Shown: piece by piece, positions 53,610 through 64,000 of the stretch | Layout: the number at the start of each line of letters is the position of its first letter | How positions within the stretch are numbered: position 1 is the stretch's first letter | From: Felis catus | Taxonomy: Eukaryota | Reading direction: 5' to 3' | Assembly: GCF_018350175.1 (NCBI RefSeq) | Contig: NC_058368.1 | Coordinates: forward strand, 78,804,001-78,868,000 | DNA: 64,000 nucleotides | Program-made: the position numbers and the translations under genes | The notes under the pieces: generated by a model | Database searches by the model: none | What the model was told of the DNA's origin: nothing | Seen by the model: only the letters and a program-made list of their open reading frames with translations

Positions 53610-53737
53610 GTCTCCCAGCTTTATCTCAGCAGCTCGGGGCAGCCCTGCTCCTCCCTGCCGCCCCACATCTTCTCCTGTGCAGAGAGGGCCTTCCACCAGC
53701 TTTTCCAGGAGCAGCGGTCCCAGTGCTTCATTCTCAG
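53610..53737 (+). CDS. MYO16: MYO16 internal coding exon [42 protein letters not shown](S), 128 nt, phase 0/2
   Basis: ttttgcAG acceptor, AG|GTGAGT donor; myosin LPPHIF..A..AF motif and Q.FILS strand leading into the P-loop. Confidence 0.97.
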
Positions 53738-54406
53738 GTGAGTGCACCCCGCACCTGGCCGAATGGATGCTCGGCGTCATGCTGGAGGCTTGGCGGTCAA
53801 GCTGTCCTCATTTCTCGTGGTTTCTGTTTATTTACTTCCTCAGCACCCGGCAGTCCAGTATGTCTTGGCAATAAGTACATTTGACTCGTTACAAAGGAGA
53901 GACATCGTTGTTATTAGAAATAGCCCCAAGTGTGGCTGAATCAATACCAACAAACTTAACCTGAAACTCAATTCATTTGGAAGATTTACTACTTAGAACC
54001 AGAGTGTTTTTGCTTTCAAGCCTTAGAAACCCTGGGGAAGGAAAGGCACCTGCTGTTAGCGAACCATGGTTCACAAAATGTGGTGCTGCTCAAATACAAA
54101 ACACAAATTATTACCTTACAAATGTGGGCTTTCCCACACACTCCTGGGTATTTATGTTTGCTTGTATTTTACCCAAAGTATATACCCGGAAGTATTTTAT
54201 ACTGAAACATAATGGTAGCATTAGCTCATAAATTACCAGATGCTCATGACAGTGATTTACATCAGAGCAAAAATTCTTCCCCCCACTCCTCCATACACAC
54301 AAGTACCACAAGAAGTAGAGAGTAGAGATGAAATGTGATTATGTACTGATAAATGATTTAAAATTATTTAGGTATTAAAACAAGATCTGCATTGAGAATT
54401 ATGTTT

Positions 54407-54627
54407 CTTTTTAAAAAATTTTTAACCTTTATTTATTTTTGAGAGAGAGAGAGAGACAGAGTGTGAGTGGGGGAGGAACAGAGAGAGAGGGAGACACAGA
54501 ATCGGAAGCAGGCTCCAGGCTCTGAGCTGTCAGCAAGAGCCCGATGCAGGGCTCAAACTCATGAACCGTGAGATCATGACCTGAGCCAAAGTCGGTTGCT
54601 CAACTGACTGAGCTGCCCAGGTGTCCC
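54407..54627 (-). mobile_element. Can-SINE
   Basis: TSD agaa(t/a)ta(t/c)gtttctt. Confidence 0.94.
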
Positions 54628-55678
54628 AAGAAATACGTTTCTTATTAGGAGAAAATTCTACCAGAGGGGACTTCTGTAACCTTCATGGCTTTGCCTGAGT
54701 TATAATCAGTAGTGTTGACTGGAAACAAATGTGTGAATAAAGCTTGCCATAACTCCTCAAAGTGAAATGAAAGTGAGTAAAGATGGACAACTGCATAGAA
54801 CCCGAAAGACATCTAAATACTTAAATAAGCACTTATTTATGTACTTTTACATTATCACTTTGGTCAAAAGTTCAGTGGAGGGTATGATTGGTGGTTGCAA
54901 ACTTCAATGTTCTGATTTTCAAAGTAGCATGCAAGTAGTTTTTTCACACTTGTGCTGAAGTGTCCCCAGATGGGAGGGGCACCGGCAGCAGGGGAGGCCT
55001 CCGCCATCCTCCAATCAAGCAACTCTATTTTTATCTGCTCTGTTGGGTTTTCTAGTGTAACTTTGATGAAAAGGAGAACACTTTTAAAAACCCATGAGAT
55101 TATGGGGAGTGTATAATAGTGTGGGCAGTAGTAACAACTGATACGTATTGAGAACATAGTGCCAGACCCTCCATTGGGTACTTTCCGTGTATTGCCTTAC
55201 CCATAGCTTTAGCATCACTATTTTATGGGTCAGGTGACTGTGTATTATAAGAAGTAACTAGTCTAGGGCCTCGTGATCAGTAAATAGTGAATCTGGGATG
55301 TGAGCCCAGTAGTGTGAATTAGTAAATGGTGATTAATTAGTCTAGGGTCTAGTGGATGCTGTATGTGGGATGTGAGCCCATAGTCTGGCTTCTGGGCGTG
55401 AACGAAGCTTCCCCACTATCCCAGCCAGACACCAGTGCGTGGCTTGCCCCCTGCAGCCTGCTCAAGGAGGCTTCTGGCAGCCCACCCAGCCTTCCCTAAA
55501 ATGCTGGGCACAAATCCGTGGGTTTTCCTAAGTTCTTTTTGAATCTGCTTAATTCTTTTGAAACGCATAGGTCTTAGCGAAGCTCTGAGGAGCCAAAGAA
55601 TCATATCCTTTGGGAGTCTGCCTGCTACAGATTTCATAATATCTAGCAAGTTCTTTTAGTAAAGAAACCCGTTTATCA

Positions 55679-55758
55679 TTTTTTTAATATGAAATTTATT
55701 GTCAAATTGGTTTCCATACAACACCCAGTGCTCATCCCCAAAGGTGCCCTTCTCAATA
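55679..55758 (-). mobile_element. Very short 5'-truncated felid-type L1 3' end
   Basis: Reverse strand reads gggatgagcactgggtgttgtatggaaaccaatttgacaataaatttcatattaaaaa; TSD aaaccc(g/a)tttatc. Confidence 0.85.
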
Positions 55759-55869
55759 AAAACCCATTTATCTTTAACCCAGTGCTTTCTAATGAGTTTG
55801 CTCATGGGATTGCTTTTCCAGTTGGACTTGCTAATATTCTGCAGAATTAGTATTTCTTTGGGACATTTT

Positions 55870-56114
55870 TATTTATTTATTTTTATTTTTTATTTATTTA
55901 AAAAAAATTAGCATTTATTTATTTCTGAGACAGAGAGAGAGACAGAGCATGAGCAGGGGAGGGGCAGAGAGAGAGGGAGACACAGAATCTGAAACAGGCT
56001 CCAGGCTCTGAGCTGTCTGCACAGAGCCCGACGCGGGGCTCGAACTCATGGACTGCAAGATCATGACCTGAGCCGAAGTCGGACGCTTAACTGACTGAGC
56101 CACCCAGGTGCCCC
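55870..56114 (-). mobile_element. Can-SINE
   Basis: TSD tctttgggacattttt. Confidence 0.96.
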
Positions 56115-56197
56115 TCTTTGGGACATTTTTAAAGGCTAATTAATAATGACATGTGTCTTTCAGTCTTTCTGAAAAACGTTTTTTCCCTCGTTCAGAT

Positions 56198-56398
56198 TTT
56201 TTTCTTTTTTAATGTTTGGTTATTTATTTATTTTTCAGAGAGAGAGAGCAGAGGAGGGGCAGACAGGGAGGGAGAGAGAGAATCCCAAGCAGGGTCCACC
56301 ATGGTCAATGCAGGGCTCGAGCTCATGAACCATGAGATCATGACCTGAGCTAAAATCAAAAGTTGTACACACAACCAACGGAGCCACCCAGGCACTCC
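56198..56398 (-). mobile_element. Can-SINE
   Basis: TSD gttcag(a/g)ttt. Confidence 0.9.
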
Positions 56399-56606
56399 TG
56401 TTCAGGTTTCAAGAAGTGAAGAACAAATGTGTGATCACAGGGACTTACTATTTTAGTCATCCTCTTCTTTCAGGATTGATGTTTTTATATGGCTTCTCTA
56501 CCTCCTTGATTGTCTTGACTAGGATAAAGGCTTTCTGCATTTATTATACTAATTCATTAAAATTAGTAAGTTTAGAACTCAACTAAATACATTGTTTAGA
56601 AGATCA

Positions 56607-56683
56607 GGGAAGCGCTATGAATAATAGCCAAATTATGGAAAGAGCCCAAATATCCATCAACTGATGAATGAATAAAGATGTGG

Positions 56684-56732
<49 letters not shown>

Positions 56733-57160
56733 ACACAATGGAATACTACTCAGCAATGAAAAAGAATGAAATGTTGCCCTTTGCAACAACGTGGATAGAA
56801 CTGCAGAGTATTAGGCTAAGTGAAATAAGTCAGCTGGAGAAAGACAGATATCACATGATTTCAGTCATATGTGGAGTTTGAGAAACCTAACAGAAGACCA
56901 CAGGGAAAGGGAAGGAAAAATAAGATGCAAACAGAGAGGAACACAAACCATTAGAGACCCTTAAATACAGAGAACAAGCAGGGTTGGTGTGGGTGGGGGG
57001 GTTGGTGGGGTGGGGAAAATGGGTGATGGGCATTGAGGAGGGGACTTGTTGGGATGAGCACTGGGTGTTGTATGTAAGTGATGAATCATGAGAATCTACT
57101 CCTGAAGCCAAGACTACACAGTATGTTAGCTAACTTGACAATAAATTAAAAAAGAAAGAA
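56607..57160 (+). mobile_element. 5'-truncated carnivore L1 (ORF2 C-terminal end + 3' UTR) with internal (CA)n at 56687-56736
   Basis: Encodes L1 ORF2 tail MEYYSAMKKNEMLPFATTWIELQSIRLSEISQ; G-rich tract, aataaa, A tail; TSD aagatca. Confidence 0.93.
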
Positions 57161-58830
57161 AAGATCACAGCCAAGAGTCTATTGTGTCTCATAACCAGCG
57201 TTTACAAAGGATAATTTAAGATTTGGAGATCAAAATGCAAATATTCCTGGAATACATGTCCTACAACTTAGGACTGGAGCAGGAATTTCTAACTTTTATT
57301 TTCAAATTTCTATTTTATTTTTCACTTGATTGATAATTATAGGCCTCTCTAGCACACAAAGCTTCATCTTGAGAAACAGTTTTTAATAATTTTCAGATCT
57401 TTGTCGTGGGTTATAACTGAGAGTCTGGTGTTCACCATAATCAATCTTATCTTTAATTTTCTGAAGGCCTTGATAGATGGTTTTAATTAATTGTCAGAGC
57501 ACATGTGACAAAAATCCATTATCCTAACAGTGTGTTGAGCAAATCCAAATTAATGTTATAAGCTGAACATAGAAGTAACTTGTGAAGTTAGCAGAATAAG
57601 GTCAGCCTCTGTCACGTGCAGGTTTTGCAGACAAGGCTATTTTCAGATTTCTATGGGTCCATGATGGGCACTGCCCAAAATCCTCCGTCAGTTTCTAGTT
57701 TAATCATATACTGGGTTTTCAGATCAAGGGATATTTCTTGAACACATCATGCTAGGATTTTTAGTTGCAATATGATATCCTACCCTGCCCTGTGCTGTAT
57801 CCTTTTTTTTTTTTTAATTTCCTTGTATTTTACTCAGAGTTTCAACAAAATATGCCCATTTTGAGATTTTATGAGATGGTTGAAATTGCTAGTGATTTTG
57901 GCCAGGTAAGAGAATTGATCATTCTGTCTACCCCCACGTGGAGTGACAGAGCATGCGCAGTGGCGAGAGCGGGGAAGGCACTCACGTGACCTCCAGTGCA
58001 GCCGCACACCCTCCCAGCTGTGCAGACTGCCGGCTGCGTTCACCATCGTCCATGCACCACCTGTTTCCGGTTTCAGAATAGATGCTGCGGAAGAACCGGT
58101 TGAGTGTTTCATGTTGGGTGAAGGCTGCCTTCCGCTACCCTTTCTCCAAAAATGAGCCTACCCCCCAAAGTCCTCCCTGGTTTCTTCCACCTGCTGGCAC
58201 ATTGTTTGCTGTGCTCCATTGCAGTTTGAGTATGCATTCGTGATGTGCTTGGTGTTCATTGGAGAGCATCCCGGATGATGGATGATGGCCCCCGGATTGC
58301 CCACGGATGCACCTCTTGAGCTCTGCAGCCTGGCCTAGACTCTGGCACATAGTAGGCCCTTAGTAAATTTCATCTGAAAGAAGGAGCGCCATTTTTAAAA
58401 GGAAAATGGTGTTTTCAAGATCCAACCCTGCGTAAATGTGAGCAGAATCTCTACAAAATCAAGGTTTATAAACCATCCAATTTATAACAGCGAATACAAG
58501 GGTAGAAGTGAAATTTCAAACACGAGTGATTTAAACTGTTTCTGCTCTGAAATTAGAAGGTTACAAGCAAATGTCCTTGAACCTAGAAAAGGAGCTCCTT
58601 ATCTTGCGTGGGCCTCTGGCACCTGCTCCCCTCAGGCTGCCAGAGTGGTGGTTCTGAAAGTCATTAAAATATTTATGGTCGGCGCGGATGCGGGGAAGGG
58701 AAGTATTTTGTTAGCAGCTGGAGACTTGGATAAAAAAATACATTTCAGCTTCTTTTCTGGCAAACACCCTTTCCTCCAATTCATTAGTACAAATAATCAG
58801 GGGAGAAGCCCAAATAGCACTAGTAAAGAG

Positions 58831-58831
<1 letters not shown>

Positions 58832-58882
<51 letters not shown>

Positions 58883-58885
58883 TTT
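58832..58885. repeat. (TA)n microsatellite followed by poly(T)
   Basis: Direct reading. Confidence 0.95.
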
Positions 58886-59624
58886 AATTTTTAAACTATC
58901 AGATGAGTAATGACTTTTCCTGAGCATTCTATCTGGAAGCACTAACCACTTTATTTGGTATTTAGTAAGTAATAACTGTATTGGAATTTTATATAATCCT
59001 CTATCCTATCATGTCAGGAATATAGTACAATTATTTATAGAAATTGGATGAGTTTTGAGAAACATCAAAAATGTCACTACAGATAACAAGTTCGGTTACT
59101 ATTATTTCCTGGATTCAAGGAAAATGGAGAACGTGAAACGTCAGACTGACAGAAGCCTCAAGAGGCAAGTGGCCATTTTAGGATCTGCCGTGTGCCAGGC
59201 ACCTTACTCTCCTGGTCAACTCTGGCCAAGGAAGGTGTAATGTCTTTCCTGGGAGGCTCAGAAAGCTTTTACAAGGCCATTTGCTCCAGGACACATGCAT
59301 CCTCACTGTAGAGGCCGTCCCTTGGGGTCCCGCTCACTTACGTTCATTTACAAAGCTGAGCACAAAACATTGGATGGCAGACGTTCATCAAATTCATATG
59401 CTGCCTCAGCGTCCGGAACGACAGAGGGCACGTGACCGAGTACACATGTACTAAATATTTCGGATGAGCAAATCAAAGCTAAGAGTTAGATGATACCATA
59501 CACTCAGGAAAGGTTCTTCCCTCCTTCCCTCACCACCTTTGTATCAGGATCATGGCTGCCCATTGAACTGTTGGCTACATTCTCCAAGATGCTAAACTTG
59601 AGTTTTCTCTCTGTTTTCTGGCAG

Positions 59625-59730
59625 TGGAGAGAGAGGATCGGGGAAGTCTGAAGCCAGCAAACAAATAACGAGACACCTGATGTGCAGATCTGGCTTCAGC
59701 AGGCCTATGTTTGATTCCAAATTTAAGCAC
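59625..59730 (+). CDS. MYO16: MYO16 internal coding exon with P-loop (S)[35 protein letters not shown], 106 nt, phase 2/0
   Basis: Pyrimidine tract + gcAG acceptor, C|GTAAGT donor; Walker A GxxGxGKS; AG+T=Ser joins previous exon. Confidence 0.97.
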
Positions 59731-60125
59731 GTAAGTTTCTTGTTTGGGTCAGAGAATATGTTGAGCTGGGACACCTGTAGTTTGTGAATAAAAGGGAACA
59801 TCATAATAGACCATAAGCTTGACCATTAAGTGGTCCAAGTTTGTGGAAATAAAGGAAAGAAAAAGAAGATTGAGGCCTGGTGCAAATTAATGCCATTCAA
59901 GATTTATTTTAAAATATTTTAAACATACATACTCTTTTTTTATAGTTGCTCAGAATAGTTGGATTGAAAACATGTAATATACTTAGAGATTACTGTTGTT
60001 CACATAGAAAGTGCCACTCGGTGTGTAGACACTTTTGGGGGATTGGCCCGATTAGCACGTTTTGTGGGGGACTATTGAGAGGTGATAGTGAAGTTTCAAA
60101 GTATGTAAAAGAATTGATAACAAGA

Positions 60126-60293
60126 GGGGCACCTGGGTGGCTCAGTCAGTTAGGCGTCTGACTTCAGCTCAGGTCATGATCTCACGGCTCGTGAGTTCGA
60201 GCCCCACGTTGGGCTCTGTCCTGACAGCTCGGAGCCTGGAGCCTGCTTCCGACTCTGTGTCTGCCTCTCTCTCTGCCCCTCCCCTGCTCGTGT

Positions 60294-60331
<38 letters not shown>

Positions 60332-60352
60332 GAATAAGTAAACATAAAAAAA
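60126..60352 (+). mobile_element. Can-SINE
   Basis: TSD aaaagaa(t/c)tgataacaaga. Confidence 0.96.
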
Positions 60353-60439
60353 AAAGAACTGATAACAAGAAAGCTTAGTGCTATTGAGGGGCAGGTAATA
60401 AAAGTTCATCTCCAATATTGACTTGTTTGATGTACGTTT

Positions 60440-60700
60440 TGGTATTTTTAGGTATGCAACGTAGTGACTTGATATGTGCATGTATTGCGAAACGATCATC
60501 ACTATAATTTTTTAATTAACATCCATCGCTCCACATAGTTAAATTTTTTTGTCTTGTGATGAGAACTTTTAAGATTTACTTGCTTGGCATCTTTCAAATC
60601 TGCAGTTTTCCCAACTGTGGCCACCATGCTGTGCGTTACAGCTGCAGGACTGACTTACCTTGTAACTGGGAGTTTGTACTTTTGACTCCCTTCACGCAAT
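60440..60700 (-). mobile_element. L1 3' end (L1MA-like), antisense
   Basis: gtattgcgaaacgatca.cact...ttaacatccatc.c.ccacatagtta...gtgatgagaacttttaagattta...ttgtaactgg.agtttgtac.tttga. Confidence 0.8.
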
Positions 60701-62249
60701 TAAAACTGACTTTAAGTTATATTCAGTAACACCTGCTTTTATTTGAAGACTCCTTGTGGTGATACTTCATCCACCTAAAATATCTCCTGGGTTCAAGGAG
60801 GAACCAGAAAGGCCTATTAGCCGCGAAGATAAAGGTCAGAAATTTCACACAATAAAGCTCGGGAATTTTACCCAAGGATACACCTGTAGGGTGCTCACCA
60901 CTGACTGTGTCTTGTTTTTACACAGTCCGGGTAGGTATTTTTAGCAGGTTTTCTCTGGCCACAGTAGAGGGGAAGTGCAAACTCAAGAGTTGCTAGAAGG
61001 ATCCTGCAGGGAACACGTATGCTAGGCAGACGCCCTAGTGGGTGGAAAGACAGCCCATCAATAACCAATCGGGACATGATCAGAACCCAAAAGTGTGCTA
61101 CCCTGGGGGTCTCCACCTGCAGGGCTAGCCTTCCAATTTCATTACTGTAGAGGAAATAACTAGAATAACCCAAGTTCATGATGATTATTCTATGCTTGAG
61201 ACAAAAATAAGATTCCCTTACGTGTGCCCTGTTACTTTAGGGGCCTCGGGGCCTTATGCTCTGTGCTTCTTCGTGCTGTCCGATCCCACGATTCCGTCCC
61301 ATCCATGTGCTGTCATGCTTCATCCTAACCCCACCAGCTCCCCTTCTTCCCACATAGATCCCTGCCCAGCAGCCCTCCTGGATATCCCACAGTGTGCATC
61401 CCTAAGACGTCCAGAGCTGGACGCAGGGACTCCCAGGTTTCTTCAGCATTCTCCTCCCAGGCCACCCATCAAATAAGTGGCACAATCACTTTCTCATTGC
61501 CCCACTGGAAACCTGGCTTTGGCCTCGATGCCAGCCTCTCCCTGCTTCACCCATGATCGCAGTATCCCGTCAATCTGACCTGGTAACACTGTTCTCCAGC
61601 CTCATAGAGTTTCCCTGTTCCTATTCTTGCCAGAGCCACCTTTGAACACGTATCCCTCCAGGATGGGCCATGTGGCCTCTGTCCCTCATTCATTTATTCA
61701 ACAATGTCTTAAGTGGCTGACATGTGCATGTCCCTTGAATTCAGAGACACCGTCTTAGAGCCCGCCACACAGTTGGAGCTCAAGTACTATGTGGCACGTG
61801 AAAGAGTACATGCTTAAGATACCTAGAAGTATTTTCAGCATACCTAAGACACAGTTAATTATCCCAAGTCACCTCAATTCATTTACTTAAACATAGCAAA
61901 TGAACTTAACATGGATAAACCATTTGTCCGGCATTGGGACCCCGTAGGTTTTGCTGCGTGTGCTGTGTGTCATGCACATGACGGGCAGTGTGGCTCCAGT
62001 CCCCTCTCTCTTGGTGCACATTTCATAGCAAGGTGTGGGAAGTGTGCTGGTGTCACCTGACACGTGCACGCCTCGCCCTCCACAATCACCCTTGCACCGG
62101 CCTTGCCAGGCACGTATTTGCAGAAAGACACCTGCCAGTTCATTCTGCGACTTGGTATTGAAAGTGTCTGATTACATCGGAGCAAAAACTTAGCTGCTGT
62201 TATCTTAGATTATTCCCTAAAACAAAGCCATCTGAAAGTTGAAACATTT

Positions 62250-62460
62250 GGGGCGCCTGGGTGGCTCAGTCGGTTAAGCATCCAACTTCGGCTCAGGTCA
62301 TGATCTCACGGTTTGTGAGTTTGAGCCCCGTGTCGGGCTCTGTGCTGACAGCTCAGAGCCTGGAGCCTGCTTCGGATTCTGCGTCTCCCTCGCTCTGTGC
62401 CTCTCTCCCACTGTCTTTCTCTTAAAAAATAAATAAACATTTAAAATAAATAAATAAGTA
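62250..62460 (+). mobile_element. Can-SINE
   Basis: Degenerate TSD aaagtt.a.acatt. Confidence 0.94.
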
Positions 62461-62640
62461 AAAGTTCACACATTATATAAAGATGTAGAAACCCATCACC
62501 TTGTGAGAATTGTGTGGTTTGTGTTTGGTTTTCTGTCACTGCCCTTTCAACTTATCGCTGTGGGCCAAGGGATATCTGCCATGGTGGCATGCACGTGAGA
62601 ATACTCTGGAAATCTTATTTGTTAAATAAATTTTTGTTTT

Positions 62641-62836
62641 GGACCACCTGGGTGGCTCAGTCGGTTGAGCACCTGACTTGAGCTCAGGCCATGATCTTGC
62701 TGTTCAAGAGTTCAAGTCCCACATCGGTCTCACTTCTGTCAGTGCAGAGCCTGATTTGGATCCTCTTTCCCCTTTCTCTCTGCCCCTCCCTGCTTGTGCT
62801 TGCTCAAAAATAGATAAAACATTAAATATTTTTAAA
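62641..62836 (+). mobile_element. Can-SINE (older, diverged)
   Basis: cacctgggtggctcagtcggttgag head, CT tract, A tail. Confidence 0.9.
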
Positions 62837-62850
62837 AATCTATCTATCTT

Positions 62851-62881
<31 letters not shown>

Positions 62882-62890
62882 TTATTTTTT

Positions 62891-63100
62891 CATTTTTTTT
62901 TTATTTTTTATTTTTGGGACAGAGAGAGACAGAGCATGAACGGGGGAGGGGCAGAGAGAGAGGGAGACACAGAATCGGAAACAGGCTCCAGGCTCTGAGC
63001 CATCAGCCCAGAGCCCGACGCGGGGCTCGAACTCACGGACCGCGAGATCGTGACCTGGCTGAAGTCGGACGCTTAACCGACTGCGCCACCAAGGCGCCCC
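62891..63100 (-). mobile_element. Young Can-SINE inserted into the tail of an older SINE
   Basis: CpG-rich intact copy; TSD ttatttatttattattttt. Confidence 0.95.
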
Positions 63101-63243
63101 TTATTTATTTATTATTTTTAAGTACACTCCACATCCAGCGCAGAACCCGATGTGGGGCTTGAACTCATGACCCTGAGATCAAGATCTGAGCTGACTGAGA
63201 TCAAGAGTCAGACATGTAACCATCTGAGCCACCCAGGTGCCCC
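63101..63243 (-). mobile_element. Older Can-SINE (its tail continues at about 62850-62890)
   Basis: gtggggcttgaactcatgaccctgagatcaag...gagccacccaggtgcccc. Confidence 0.88.
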
Positions 63244-63294
63244 AATATTCTAGAAATTTTAGTATCTTATTCCTCATTTAGAAATGAGAGGAAC

Positions 63295-63515
63295 TTGGGT
63301 TGCCAGGGTGGCTCAGTTGGTTAAGCACCCAAGTCTTGATCTTGGCTCAGGTCAGGATCATGATCTCATGGTTCCTGAGATCAAGCCCCACATCAGGCTC
63401 TGCACTGACAGCAGAGAGCCTGCTTGGGATTCTCTCTCTGTCCCCCTCTCTCTGTGTCTCCCCTCCTTGCTCTCTCTCTATTTCTCGAAACAAATAAATA
63501 AAAAAAAATAGTTTT
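63295..63515 (+). mobile_element. Can-SINE
   Basis: TSD agaaatgagaggaa. Confidence 0.92.
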
Positions 63516-64000
63516 AAAAGAAATGAGAGGAATGTATATTTAATTGATAGGTCCATGTAATTTTTTTCATATTTTCGACTTCTGAAAAAGATGTCCTTAA
63601 GAAATTAAATCCACTCTTACGGATTCCCAAACCTACACCTGATTCTGGAGATTTCTTTCTTTGTGAAGAATATCTATGGTGACATATGTGTTCATTAATG
63701 ACTAACTCATAACCATTTATTAAGCTCAAACCATATACTGAGAACCTGCATAATTGTACAGCACAGCTCAAAATAATTTAACATTTTGGGTTGACTTGGG
63801 TAGGATACCATAATTATCTATGTTCACATAGCAGAGTTAGAGAATTTCTAAAGAACAGTTATCAAATAGACTCAGGTTAACTAACAGCATACCAGGAGCT
63901 GTTGGCCTAAGTGTAATGACAAGGAACAGTGGTCCTCACTGTAAGTTATAGACTAAAGCAATCATTTATTAAAATGATCCTTCTGGAAAGAGCAGGCTGT

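Noticed and set aside
53495..53884. ORFs 53495..53884 and 53590..53874 overlapping a MYO16 exon
   Set aside because: Alternative frames of the GC-rich true exon 53610-53737; only the third frame gives myosin motifs and correct phases
59731..64000. Next MYO16 exon (switch I, LEAFG.AKT motif)
   Set aside because: Not found on reading; it presumably lies beyond the window end

Overview
Mammalian nuclear DNA, almost certainly from a cat-family (felid/feliform) genome, judged from about 48 Can-SINE copies of the SINEC_Fc type. The whole window lies inside one large + strand gene, MYO16 (unconventional myosin XVI). Seven internal coding exons (4182-4257, 7965-8118, 26114-26264, 35174-35284, 44263-44328, 53610-53737, 59625-59730) have canonical AG/GT ends and compatible phases. 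They splice into one open frame running from the last ankyrin repeat through the linker into the N-terminal motor domain and P-loop (GERGSGKS). The rest is intron, packed with SINEs (many with intact target-site duplications, TSDs), old and young L1 fragments, MaLR/ERV solo LTRs, a MER44/Tigger-type DNA element, MIR/L2 relics and microsatellites. None of the supplied ORFs is a stand-alone gene. I found no convincing novel biological system. The best leads are modest: a NAGNAG acceptor, a candidate poison exon, a CRE/AP-1 palindrome, and nested or inverted SINE structures. Repeat family names and boundaries come from remembered consensus sequences and are approximate.
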